Origin: a virus
DNA length: 64,000 nucleotides
Virus record (IMG/VR): IMGVR_UViG_3300020057_000496
Span: 1 to 64,000 of that record
Direction: 5' to 3' (one strand)
Shown: positions 16,147 through 25,527 of the stretch, piece after piece
Numbering within the stretch: position 1 is the first letter of the stretch
How the letters are laid out: every line of letters begins with the position of its first letter
Made by a program: the position numbers and the translations under genes
Notes under the pieces: model-generated
The model's database searches: none
The model's input: only the letters and a program-made list of their open reading frames with translations
Told to the model about the DNA's origin: nothing

Positions 16147-16176
16147 CGAATTCAACTACCGGAGCATGACCCTAAT

Positions 16177-16662
16177 ATGTCTAACGAACACCCACAGTCG
16201 TACGAATTCGACTTAAGCACTCGCGTTACGCGAATGGAATCCGCCGTCGAGACTCTTGCTGGCACCATGAATGAGGTGTCCGTTTCGATTAAGCATATCG
16301 AGCGTTCGCTTACGAACGTAGGACGGACGGACACCAAGACTCTCGTGACTATCGGGAGCAGTCTGGCTGGTGTTGTCATTACGATTTGGTTTATCCTTGT
16401 CGCGCCAATCAATCTGCAACTGACAACCCTCAAGGACGGCTTCGAAAAACTAGATGTAGCGGTCCGCTCCCGCGCAACTGTTCTGGGTGACGTGGCTCGA
16501 CTCGAATCCACAACAAGTCGCCTTTCGGAGAGGATAGACGCAATGGAGCGTCGTGAGGCCGCCGCAACGGAGCACGCAAAGTTCGTCGAGGAATTAGTAA
16601 TGGACCTAGCAGCGGGCCGTGGCCAAGTCCGGCGGGAACTACCTAGTCGCGGAAGACAGTGA
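16177..16662 (+). CDS. Single-TM coiled-coil membrane protein (lysis-associated)
   Basis: One hydrophobic segment between coiled coils; lies directly after the endolysin. Confidence 0.5.
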   Translation: MSNEHPQSYEFDLSTRVTRMESAVETLAGTMNEVSVSIKHIERSLTNVGRTDTKTLVTIGSSLAGVVITIWFILVAPINLQLTTLKDGFEKLDVAVRSRATVLGDVARLESTTSRLSERIDAMERREAAATEHAKFVEELVMDLAAGRGQVRRELPSRGRQ

Positions 16663-16765
16663 GTAAGCTTGAAAAACTGGAGCGTGAAAGCCAGGAGCTG
16701 CCGAAGCCGAAGTTTTGGTTAGACTTGGCGCCGTTATTTAAAGCGCTCGGAAAGCTAATATTTAG

Positions 16766-17026
16766 ATGAACCTGTTCCAGATCATTGCGTTTGTAATCCC
16801 GTTGATTGAAGCGCTGGTTAAAAGCGCCGAGCAGTCGGCTGCCCCCGGAGAGGACAAGAAGAAGGTGGTCGCCGCGCAGCTCCAGCAGGCATACGAGGCG
16901 GTCCAGTCCACCGGAAGCATCCGGGAAATCAACGGGGTCCCCTGGGGGGCGGTCGCGCCTGTGGCGTTGCTGGGGGTGGATTTAATTGTGAGTGGCTGGA
17001 ACATGCTCGGTGTGCTTAAGAAGTAA
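16766..17026 (+). CDS. Holin-like protein
   Basis: Small protein with hydrophobic ends and 'AEQ...GEDKKK' motif, in the lysis cluster. Confidence 0.55.
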   Translation: MNLFQIIAFVIPLIEALVKSAEQSAAPGEDKKKVVAAQLQQAYEAVQSTGSIREINGVPWGAVAPVALLGVDLIVSGWNMLGVLKK

Positions 17027-17062
17027 ACAGGAGAGATTACAACAAATCAAAGGTATAACAAA

Positions 17063-17254
17063 ATGGACAGTAAATCAATCTTTCAATCAAAGACTTTTTA
17101 TCTCAATATCGCCCTGGTACTCGCAGCGGTGCTGCAGCAATATGCCGGAATTCAACTTGCGCCAGAGGAGCTAGAAATAGCAATCGTGGCCATTCTGAAT
17201 ATCGCAGTTCGTCTATTTACTCACGATTCGGCACATATCCTCCCTCCGAAGTAA
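17063..17254 (+). CDS. Holin-like protein
   Basis: 'KSIFQSKTFYLN...LNIAVRLFT' two-TM holin pattern. Confidence 0.6.
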   Translation: MDSKSIFQSKTFYLNIALVLAAVLQQYAGIQLAPEELEIAIVAILNIAVRLFTHDSAHILPPK

Positions 17255-17288
17255 TAACGCATTGCCTAAGTACAAGCAGATAGATCAG

Positions 17289-17320
17289 GACGTTGACTTG
17301 GATACGTCCGAGTCAACGTC
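17289..17320 (+). terminator. Strong hairpin after the lysis cassette
   Basis: gacgttgacttgga-tacg-tccgagtcaacgtc, a 14-bp stem with one G-U pair; no clear U tail. Confidence 0.35.
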
Positions 17321-18049
17321 TAGGTCACCCCAGAGGACGCGCGATCGGGGCGCAGAACCCGAGCGTTTCGGGGACAAGCGGAAGAAGACCAAGCAGTTTC
17401 GCCAGGCAAGAAAAAAGCGCTCGCTGAATTAACTTCTTTCCTTTCTGTTGCGGAACTGTCAAGCTCCCGGCGTGAAGGAGGAATCAACCGACGGCGGGGT
17501 GCTCTATCACCTGGTTACTTTCTATATAGACGAAGTCGGCTGCTTCACGCCACCTGGCTGGCCTGGATACTACTATGTAACGGTAGGGGACGGCACGGTC
17601 GTAAGCCGACGTTGGGTTTTTTCGTCATTTCTTCACCTTCCCCCAGGAAGCTCCGCCCCACCAGGTTGGACAAATAAATGGGACGAAACGCAAAGAGAAG
17701 AATCTATATTCCAAAGGATGCGGTCATCCTCAAGCAGGCAAGTGGCTCGCTTGCTCCGGTTCGTTACTGGGGGTTGCTAGACGCATGGCTCGACGGTACA
17801 CGACTAGATAAGGTCGCATGTGATGCCAACTTAACTATGAGTGAACTGGAAGAGCTATTCAGAAGCATGGTGCTCGATATTGTCTACTCAAAAGAAAAAA
17901 GAAAAGGCGGGACTAAGGCGCTTCATTAAAGACATGCACTACCTTGGGCGCAAGTACCAAGGTTCCGTAAAGCCATCCAGGGCGATGGACTCGAAGAACA
18001 GAGTATCGCGCCAACAACAGAAGGTCATAGACAAGACGGAGAAGGAAGA

Positions 18050-18310
18050 ATGAGAAAAAGGTACGAAGTATATCTTGACAGCGTTAGGCTCGTAGTAAAC
18101 GCTGACTCCTGTCGCACCCAGGAGAACGGCGCCCTAGCTTTCTATGTGCACGACACGGACGAACCAGTTGCGGTGTTCCAGCACTGGCTCGGATTTAATT
18201 GCCTGACACTTACCCGTGGAGCGGAAGTGAGCGAGGCGCCTGTTCCGTTTGAAGTATGGACTGTGCCTAACGTTACTACGTCATGGGACGAGTCCGTACA
18301 GAAGCGTTAG
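18050..18310 (+). CDS. Hypothetical phage protein
   Basis: ORF with purine-rich RBS. Confidence 0.5.
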   Translation: MRKRYEVYLDSVRLVVNADSCRTQENGALAFYVHDTDEPVAVFQHWLGFNCLTLTRGAEVSEAPVPFEVWTVPNVTTSWDESVQKR

Positions 18311-18323
18311 GGGACACGGAGTA

Positions 18324-19082
18324 ATGGGCATTGAACAGAAGGTTCACTGTCTCGGGAAGACTGGGGAGTTAGTTGTCGTAAGTGACGTACATATTGGTGC
18401 GGACACATTCGACGAAGTCCACTTTCTTGAGACAGTAGACTATTGTAAGATCACCAAGTGTAAGATTTTCCTTAACGGCGACATTATCGAAAATGCGATC
18501 ATACAGGGGTCAAGTCCTGGCGAGAAGTTACTAGAGCAGAAGCTGATCCCTACGGATCAGATCAAGTACGCAACGGATCTATTCAAGCCGCTCGCGAAGA
18601 ATATCATTGGAATGACGCGCGGCAATCACGAGGCGCGGTCGCGTCGGGAGTCACTGGTTGATATCTCGGACCTGCTGGCCCACTCACTAGGCGTCCCTTA
18701 TCTCGGCCTTGGTGGATATATTCGTGTCCGGGCCGGTAGTCAGCCGTATACGCTTGCGTTACACCACGGCGGCGGCGGTGGCGTTAATACCTGGAAAGAA
18801 CTGGACAGGCTCATGGGCCTTTACCCGTCGGCGGACCTGGTTGGCGCGGGGCACGACCATAACTTCTGTACTCGGGAAATGACTTCATTGAACCTCAACG
18901 AGGACGGCACGGAATATATCCGGGTTGTGCACGAAGTGCGTACCGGTACGTATCTGAAGTATGCCGAGTACGCCCGTGGGCGGGCCTATGCCCCGAGTGC
19001 GGTAGGGTCCCCGATCATTACGTTCAACAGTAACTATAGCCATATTGATGTAGATGTCAAAAGCCTCCGGTGGTATGGCTAA
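18324..19082 (+). CDS. Calcineurin-like metallophosphoesterase
   Basis: Motifs SDVHIG, NGDIIE, GNHE, HHG and GHDH. Confidence 0.85.
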   Translation: MGIEQKVHCLGKTGELVVVSDVHIGADTFDEVHFLETVDYCKITKCKIFLNGDIIENAIIQGSSPGEKLLEQKLIPTDQIKYATDLFKPLAKNIIGMTRGNHEARSRRESLVDISDLLAHSLGVPYLGLGGYIRVRAGSQPYTLALHHGGGGGVNTWKELDRLMGLYPSADLVGAGHDHNFCTREMTSLNLNEDGTEYIRVVHEVRTGTYLKYAEYARGRAYAPSAVGSPIITFNSNYSHIDVDVKSLRWYG

Positions 19083-19413
19083 GGTGCCTATAGACGAAGA
19101 CGCACTTCGCGCGGTACGAGAAAAGCTCGGCTTGCGCGACTACAACTCCGAGGAGTTGCGCCTCCGGGCGCAAGAGCAGGTCATTCCCATTGGGATAAGC
19201 ATCCCAGAGGCATTAGTTCTCAAGGGTGCGATTCTACTCCAGCTTTCGTTATTTGCTTACCACCAGGAATTTATTCTGAAAGAATTAGGATTCGATAGGA
19301 CAACAGAAGAGATTCGTTACGGCTTGATCATGACGCTCTGCGATCTCCAGAAACGAATAACCGAGTCAATTTTTGCTAGGCAGCGAGAGATTTATGAAGA
19401 CAAGAACCATTGA
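19075..19413 (+). CDS. Hypothetical protein
   Basis: ORF overlapping the end of the phosphoesterase gene. Confidence 0.5.
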   Translation: MAKVPIDEDALRAVREKLGLRDYNSEELRLRAQEQVIPIGISIPEALVLKGAILLQLSLFAYHQEFILKELGFDRTTEEIRYGLIMTLCDLQKRITESIFARQREIYEDKNH

Positions 19414-19613
19414 GGCGTTACGTTGTGAGGGCTGTGGGTGTAGACAAGAGTCACACCCGGTGGATCAATTTCTCTCCGAGCGATACGGGGAACTTACACT
19501 AGGGGCCTGTACGGACTGCCAGCAATGTGAGTTTTACGACACGGACGGGGGGTACGACGATGAGGACAACTGGGATTCTTGAGTCGATTCCGGGACGGTC
19601 GCTTTACGGTGAC

Positions 19614-19789
19614 CGACAGCGAGCGCAGGCCCCGTCCCTTAGGGCGGGGTAAGCGAGCCATGAATGGCGGCAGGGCATGCCGTCACTGCGCGTGGAGGCA
19701 CAACGGTGCCGTTGAAGCGCGAACCCACTCGGGAGGTGCCGTATACTCCCCGAGGAATCCCCGTCCCCTTAGGGCGGGGAGGATGTCAA
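19614..19789 (+). mobile_element. Non-autonomous IS200/IS605 derivative (PATE/MITE): left end + omega-RNA/right end
   Basis: Near-identical to both ends of the 26201-27484 element with tnpB deleted after the ATG. Has two subterminal ccccgtccc..gggcgggg hairpins, ends in TCAA and is preceded by TGAC. Confidence 0.88.
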
Positions 19790-19859
19790 TAAGGGCGGGC
19801 CTATTTAGGCCAGGTAGGATGTCAATCATGCATCCACCGCTACACGAAAGAGGAGTTAG

Positions 19860-20117
19860 GTGGGGAGTACATTGAAATCTGTAACAACCTTACGGGTTAC
19901 GCCAGAGGTTGATTGTGACGCCAGTATTTGCTATAATTGTATTGCATTTAAGCTGTTGGACGGCCCCCAGGACGCCGAAGGCGAGCTTGGAGGCGAATGT
20001 AGGCTGAAGCCACCCGTAGTAGCAACGATAGACGAAGACGGCTACCCCATGACCGTCTGGCCATTAGTTATAGCCCAAGGCTGGTGTCTGTGTTTCGGCA
20101 AACGACCCACGACGTGA
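19860..20117 (+). CDS. Cys-rich phage protein (C..C...ECR..PP...WP.V....WC)
   Basis: Common small phage Zn-binding-like pattern. Confidence 0.55.
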   Translation: MGSTLKSVTTLRVTPEVDCDASICYNCIAFKLLDGPQDAEGELGGECRLKPPVVATIDEDGYPMTVWPLVIAQGWCLCFGKRPTT

Positions 20118-20126
20118 GGATGAGAT

Positions 20127-20489
20127 ATGTCTCTCAATACGGACGTGGGTGTTATGGGCAAAACTCGCAAAATAAAGGTTCGAAATAAAAGATACGAAAT
20201 CCGGCAGGTCGAGAATATTTCGGAGTCCGTCCCGGACTTGATTGCTCTGAATTACTCAAGGCCATTCAAGGATACCATAGGTCTCCTGCACCCCAAGAAA
20301 GACTTGATCCTCATTACTGAGAAGCTAACCGAAAGAGAAAAGGAAAGTACGATTCTACACGAGATTATTCACGCTTGCCTGCCTAACTTGACGGAAAAGA
20401 ATGTCAAGAATCTAGAGATTCGCATCTTCCCGACACTCTATAATAACGGACTGCGGTTCCTTAGTACCAGGAAGAAACGAGGACAGTAG
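20127..20489 (+). CDS. HExxH zincin-like (ImmA/IrrE-type) small protein
   Basis: 'STILHEIIHA'. Confidence 0.6.
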   Translation: MSLNTDVGVMGKTRKIKVRNKRYEIRQVENISESVPDLIALNYSRPFKDTIGLLHPKKDLILITEKLTEREKESTILHEIIHACLPNLTEKNVKNLEIRIFPTLYNNGLRFLSTRKKRGQ

Positions 20490-20660
20490 TGTCTGTGAAT
20501 ATTCACTCCAAGAATCCAACTATACGGGACAAGCGTGGCAAGGACACGTTTAATTCGTTTAGCATAAAGAACAACAAGGACCCGGCGGCCACTCCGGGCA
20601 AGATTGGCTCAAGTAAGGAGTACCGGCAGAACTACTACAAGGTATTTAAGAAGAAATGAC

Positions 20661-20837
20661 CGACAGCGAGCGCAGGCCCCGTCCCTTAGGGCGGGGTAAG
20701 TGAGCCATGAATGGCGGCAGGGCATGCCGTCACTGCGCGTAGAGGCACAACGGGTGCTGTTGAAGCGCGAACCTACTCGGGAGGTGCCGTATACTCCCCG
20801 AGGAATCCCCCGCCCTTTAGGGCGGGGAGGATGTCAA
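20661..20837 (+). mobile_element. Second PATE/MITE copy
   Basis: Near-identical to 19614-19789; TGAC upstream, TCAA end. Confidence 0.88.
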
Positions 20838-21272
20838 GCAGTTCGGTTGTGCCGCAACGATATAGTTGCCTTTTTTCGAACCAACCGAAGAGACTTCACG
20901 TGACGGGGCAGCCACGGGCGCCTGGTCGCGGGGTAGTTACGTGGAAATTGTTTGTTTTCCTGACTCATCGCGAGAAAGATGCGGCGATCTCGCGGGTAAT
21001 GGAAGCCAAGGAAGTTGTTCGGATGGACAAGCGCTATCAGTTCCTGAACGAACCATACAGTGATGTTCCTCACTATACTACAGACCAGACATTAGTTGGT
21101 TCGATGTTGAACTACATTCTATCACGTAGTTTCTGTGTTGACCTGGAGTTATCTACTTCTGGTGCACACGTCATGCGTGTCCGCGACGCCAATAACGGGG
21201 TCGCTTTACACTACCACGACCTGCAGGTCTTAATAGGAGCGGCCGTACTTTTTACAGCCGGTGAATTGGTTT

Positions 21273-22946
21273 ATGAGTGACTGTTCGAATGAATTTGAAA
21301 CAAGCCGACGCGGCCGACTTATTGGTTGCTTCTTCCTTGCATTGATCGTCGTCCTTTGGTGTGCCTTTGCGTTCGCCTCGACGGTTATCCTTCCGACAGA
21401 GGACGACATGATCGACGCAAGCGACGTTGTCGCCGTCGCGAAGGTGACAAGCATTACTTCTTACGACACCGACGTGGGCATACGGACACTAGTAGACTTC
21501 GCAGTCAGTGAGGTACTGAAGGGAACCCCGCCGCCGGGACTGGCTGTCCGTGAACTTGGCGGCAAGGTCGGAGAAAATGTCTTCTGGATTCCGGGTTCCC
21601 CGACTTACCGGGTTGGCGAACGTGTGATGGTATTCCTTGACCAGCGGGAGGACGGGACTTATCGAACCAAGCTCCTTGATGCCGGTCGTGTTCCGGTTCT
21701 TCCTGACGGAGTTGCGCGGAGTATGTCTGGGGACACGCTGGACACCTTCAAGTCGAGACTCACAAGTCGAGTCCTGCAGCGTAAGCAGGAATTACAGTCC
21801 CGTTCGGCGAGAGCGGCCAGCGCGACCTTTATGGTTCAGCCAGCGCCCCTTTCCGGTCCTGCCGAGAGCCAGGCAGAATTTCGTTTCATGACCGATCCTC
21901 CGTCGCTCTGGCTGAACAGGCCAGTCATGGTCTACGGCGACCCCGCTGGTGACGCCAAGATTGGACCAGTCGAGTCAAGACGTGCCGTGGCTGACGCGGC
22001 GGCTTCATGGTCAAGCGAGGCGAACGTAATCTTCGCCTACGCCGGGGACACGCCAGCAGTTGGGTACGCATGTGTCCCGGACAAGCTACTCGTGCAGTTC
22101 CGGGATGTCAAGAACGACATCGAGGACCCCAGTAACTGCTCGGGCGTTTTGGCTATAGGTGGTTTCTGTACTAGTGGCCTAGTGAGCGGCAAGTACCGCA
22201 TTGCATCAGGGGCCGTAGTTTTTAATAATGGCTGGGAGGGCTGTTCGTTCTGGAGCGCAGACAATATCGCCGAAGTCATGACTCACGAGTTCGGCCATGC
22301 GGTAGGACTTGCTCATTCCGCCGAGAGTGGCCAGACCTCGACGCCACACCTGGCAGACGCAACGATGTACTGGACGGCCCATTTCGACGGGCGACGTACC
22401 GGTCTGCGTGCGTACGACAAGGGGGCCATTCAGTCCCTTTATGGTTCAGTCAGGGCCTCGCCTGTACCGACGCCAGTCCCAACCAGGACGCCAGTACCAA
22501 CTGCGACAGTAGTCCCAACGGCGACTCCGACACCTATCCCTACTCCGGTCCCGACAGCCACGACGACGCCCGGCCCGACTGGCTCACCGGCCGGTCGATT
22601 CCTTGAGGTCCGGCAACTCCTGATTAAAGGTTCTGCCCGGAGGGGGCGTTCGGGGACACTCACGTTCAAGCTCGTCACAACCGAGAAACTCCCGAAGGAC
22701 CGGCCGACTGTTTTGTTCGCCAGTGAACTAGGCGGCAGTGTCCTGAGTAATCAGAATATTCAGAACGTCCAGACGTACGGGGAAACCCTGACCTTCCGTG
22801 CTGTCAATGTACCAAGTATTTTTTATCGAACCAGTATCAGAGTGGTCGTGATCGTCGGGCAGCGAGTCGCATTCGAGACGCTGACTTGCACCGCGCGTGA
22901 TCTTCTGCTCGGTACTACTATTTACTGCAGCCTAATAAAGGACTAG
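21273..22946 (+). CDS. Secreted/membrane-anchored matrixin-family (metzincin) metalloprotease with Pro-Thr linker
   Basis: N-terminal hydrophobic signal; HEFGHAVGLAH (HExxHxxGxxH); Met-turn 'ATMY'; (PT)n linker. Confidence 0.85.
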   Translation: MSDCSNEFETSRRGRLIGCFFLALIVVLWCAFAFASTVILPTEDDMIDASDVVAVAKVTSITSYDTDVGIRTLVDFAVSEVLKGTPPPGLAVRELGGKVGENVFWIPGSPTYRVGERVMVFLDQREDGTYRTKLLDAGRVPVLPDGVARSMSGDTLDTFKSRLTSRVLQRKQELQSRSARAASATFMVQPAPLSGPAESQAEFRFMTDPPSLWLNRPVMVYGDPAGDAKIGPVESRRAVADAAASWSSEANVIFAYAGDTPAVGYACVPDKLLVQFRDVKNDIEDPSNCSGVLAIGGFCTSGLVSGKYRIASGAVVFNNGWEGCSFWSADNIAEVMTHEFGHAVGLAHSAESGQTSTPHLADATMYWTAHFDGRRTGLRAYDKGAIQSLYGSVRASPVPTPVPTRTPVPTATVVPTATPTPIPTPVPTATTTPGPTGSPAGRFLEVRQLLIKGSARRGRSGTLTFKLVTTEKLPKDRPTVLFASELGGSVLSNQNIQNVQTYGETLTFRAVNVPSIFYRTSIRVVVIVGQRVAFETLTCTARDLLLGTTIYCSLIKD

Positions 22947-22949
22947 GGA

Positions 22950-23450
22950 ATGAACCAATTTGAGAAGCAAGTACGTGAGTTCCATGCCCACTTTGGCGCA
23001 ACTGTCGGGGACGCCCGCAACCCCGGACTTAATGAGTCGGCCCTTCGTAAGAACTTACTGCTGCAAGAGGTAGACGAGTTTATTCACGCAGTCGAATGGG
23101 GAGATTTTGACGGATCAATCCGAGAGCTACTTGACATTCTTTACGTGACGATCGGAGCACTTGTTGCATTCGGGGTCGAGGACATAGCGAGCTATTTTTC
23201 AGAATTGCACGAGGCTAACATGCGCAAAGAGGGTGGTTCGACTCGTGAAGACAGAAAGATCGTAAAGCCGGAAGGTTGGCAGCCGCCACACATCGGTCGG
23301 CTAATCGAGGCCCAACGCCTACGCGGCGAAGGTTCGGACCCGGCAAAGCCAGTGACAGGGAAGCCCGTGACTACGAAACCAGTGACGACGAAGCCTACGA
23401 AGCCAAGGAAAGAAGGGGCCAGTGTCTCAACTGAAAACAATCCTGGCTGA
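22950..23450 (+). CDS. MazG-like / PRA-PH nucleoside triphosphate pyrophosphohydrolase
   Basis: 'V.EFH..F', 'EVDEF', 'ELLDILYV..G' and 'H.ANM.K.......D.KIVKPEGW.PP'. Confidence 0.85.
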   Translation: MNQFEKQVREFHAHFGATVGDARNPGLNESALRKNLLLQEVDEFIHAVEWGDFDGSIRELLDILYVTIGALVAFGVEDIASYFSELHEANMRKEGGSTREDRKIVKPEGWQPPHIGRLIEAQRLRGEGSDPAKPVTGKPVTTKPVTTKPTKPRKEGASVSTENNPG

Positions 23451-23676
23451 GATTCGGAATCTCATCGACGCCCTTGAGTCCGCCGAAAGGGCTAAGTTCG
23501 AACAGGAGAACATAGCCGGGGAACGTAAGTTCGTTCTCGTTAAGCTGAAAAAAGGACTCATAGAGCTACGTGCACAGAGAGAGAAGGCACGCACTTCGCC
23601 AATTCGAGGGTCCTTCTGGCACGCGATTGACGACTGTACTAGTCTACTGGGGGAAATAGATGAAGTCATCGAGTAG
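23422..23676 (+). CDS. Hypothetical coiled-coil protein
   Basis: ORF in the operon. Confidence 0.45.
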   Translation: MSQLKTILAEIRNLIDALESAERAKFEQENIAGERKFVLVKLKKGLIELRAQREKARTSPIRGSFWHAIDDCTSLLGEIDEVIE

Positions 23677-23971
23677 TATTTTTGAATTCTTCGGGGCGCT
23701 AGTAGTATTACTAGTGGCCGTCGTAGCCTCGACGGTTGGTTTTAGCATACTCTTGTCGGTCGGCTATTTCGTGACTGTACTAGTCATGCCGTTATGGCAG
23801 GTACCACTGGCCAACTTCTTCCCGTTCTGTGTCGGGGTCGGCCTACAAGGAAAAATCCTGTTCACCGTTTGTTCGCCCCCATTCGGCAAAGATGACGGGG
23901 CACTAGCGCGGATCTTCGTGTTGCTCCTGGTCGGCCTCATCGCCGTAAGCATGCGATATTTACTGTTGTAG
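23660..23971 (+). CDS. Small multi-TM membrane protein
   Basis: Three hydrophobic segments. Confidence 0.5.
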   Translation: MKSSSSIFEFFGALVVLLVAVVASTVGFSILLSVGYFVTVLVMPLWQVPLANFFPFCVGVGLQGKILFTVCSPPFGKDDGALARIFVLLLVGLIAVSMRYLLL

Positions 23972-24019
23972 GGTCCAGGCCGTGGTGCTACAGTGCCCCC
24001 GTTGAGTCAATGTCCGATT

Positions 24020-24069
24020 CAATCAGGTTGCTCGGTCGAGCAATCAGGTTGCTCGGTCGAGCAATCAGG
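24020..24069. repeat. 21-bp tandem repeat (2.4 copies) containing the palindrome TTGCTCG-N2-CGAGCAA
   Basis: caatcaggttgctcggtcgag x2 + caatcagg, immediately upstream of the sulfatase RBS. Confidence 0.85.
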
Positions 24070-24080
24070 AGGAGGAATAC

Positions 24081-25328
24081 GTGAAAAAGATTCTCGTCGT
24101 AGCACTGCTTGGCCTACTGCTAACTCCCGATTTTTGCTGGGGAAAACCGAACATCCTGGTCGTAATCGCGGACGACATGGACTGGGTTACGTTCAACGCG
24201 ACGCCGGGCCTGGCCGAGATCGCCAGTCAGGGGGTGTTGTTCAATGCGGTCACGAGCACGCCGCTCTGCGGGCCTTCCAGGGCCTCGATCTTGACCGGCC
24301 GGGCCGCGCACAATCACCGTGTTCTGGGCAATGAGCGGAGCGCCCATAACGCGGCCTGGTACGCCAACGTACTTGGCAAGACTTTTGCTGACTACTGCCA
24401 GGGTGAAGGGTACCGGACGGTGATGGCCGGTAAGTACGCGAATCCATTCGACCAGCTCGACACGACTGGCTGGGATTCCTGGATTCCGCCCGAGGGGCGC
24501 GGCGAGCGCCAGGTTGGCCCATTCTGGCACGACGTGATGGTAGATCGGGTTGTCCTGGACATTGAGGCGCACCCGGACCAGCCTACGGTCGTCTGGTACA
24601 GTAGCACGATCCCCCACGGCCCCCTGATTCCGAGTAACGCCTACGCCGGGGTCATGGCAGGACTAACCCTACCAAAGGGGCCGAGCTTTAATGAGGCGGA
24701 CGTAAGTGACAAGGTGTCCTCCGTCTCGCTATTGCCGCTGTTTAGCGAGACTCAGCTAGTTGACCTAGAGAAGCGTTTCCGGCGGCGCGTGGAGATGTCG
24801 TTGTCGCTGGTGGACGGGATTCGGCGGCTGACAGAGGCACTGTCCGGCCGGCCGCTTTACGTTTTCTTCGTGTCCGACAACGGTTTTTTCGAGGGCCAGC
24901 ACCGAATCTTCCAGGGGAAGGGCTTGCCGTACGAAGAGGCGATCCGGGTGCCGATGTTCGTTGTTGGCGCAGGGGTCACGCCGGGTACCTCGCCGGCGTT
25001 AGTGTACGCCGGGGACATCGCGCCGACCGTCACCTCGCTCTGTGAGGCGAGTCCACGCGAAATGGACACGCATACATTAATCCCTCTTTTATCGAACCAC
25101 CTGCAGCCCTGGCGCAAGCGCGTTTTGGCCGAACACGGCTGGCGTGCGATCCGGACGGAGGTTCGGAAGCTGGTTCGATTTAGTGGAGGTGGTCGGGAGC
25201 TATTTCACCTTGGCGAGGACCCGTACGAGCTGTTGAGCAGGAGCAAGACTGTCCAGAGCCTAGAGGCCTACTTGGACAGGATGCTTGCTTGTTCGGGCGA
25301 AGATTGTTGGGAGATTGAGACAGAATAG
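24081..25328 (+). CDS. Formylglycine-dependent sulfatase with signal peptide
   Basis: 'PNILVVIADD', CGPSRASILTG (CxPSR), 'AGKY', 'SDNG', 'K..PYEE.IRVP' and 'DPYE'. Confidence 0.92.
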   Translation: MKKILVVALLGLLLTPDFCWGKPNILVVIADDMDWVTFNATPGLAEIASQGVLFNAVTSTPLCGPSRASILTGRAAHNHRVLGNERSAHNAAWYANVLGKTFADYCQGEGYRTVMAGKYANPFDQLDTTGWDSWIPPEGRGERQVGPFWHDVMVDRVVLDIEAHPDQPTVVWYSSTIPHGPLIPSNAYAGVMAGLTLPKGPSFNEADVSDKVSSVSLLPLFSETQLVDLEKRFRRRVEMSLSLVDGIRRLTEALSGRPLYVFFVSDNGFFEGQHRIFQGKGLPYEEAIRVPMFVVGAGVTPGTSPALVYAGDIAPTVTSLCEASPREMDTHTLIPLLSNHLQPWRKRVLAEHGWRAIRTEVRKLVRFSGGGRELFHLGEDPYELLSRSKTVQSLEAYLDRMLACSGEDCWEIETE

Positions 25329-25330
25329 GC

Positions 25331-25359
25331 TTGACATGCCGTCCCTTAATGAGTATTTT
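25331..25359 (+). promoter_or_regulatory. Sigma70-like promoter
   Basis: TTGACA-N17-TATTTT; an alternative TAAAAT lies at 25363. Confidence 0.55.
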
Positions 25360-25369
25360 TCTAAAATCT

Positions 25370-25464
25370 GGCGGTAGGGCGTGCCGTTAATGCGCGAACC
25401 TACTCGGGAGGTGCCGTATACTTCCCGAGGAATCCCCGCCCCTTCAGGGCGGGGAGGATGTCAA
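25370..25464 (+). ncRNA. Stand-alone shortened TnpB omega-RNA scaffold/right end
   Basis: Matches the 3' part of the PATEs with an internal deletion between gcgcg repeats; ends GGATGTCAA; no intact left end. Confidence 0.6.
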
Positions 25465-25527
25465 GAAGTGCTCGATTGGTCGAGCAAGAGATTGTTCGAT
25501 TGGTCGAACAATCCGAAAGGGAGAGAC

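Noticed and set aside
19579-21280. ORFs 19579-19875, 20700-20903 and the N-termini of 20711 and 25381
   Set aside because: These are translations of mini-element DNA (tnpB C-terminal remnants), not independent genes.
24020-24069. Mini CRISPR array
   Set aside because: Perfect tandem repeat with no spacers.
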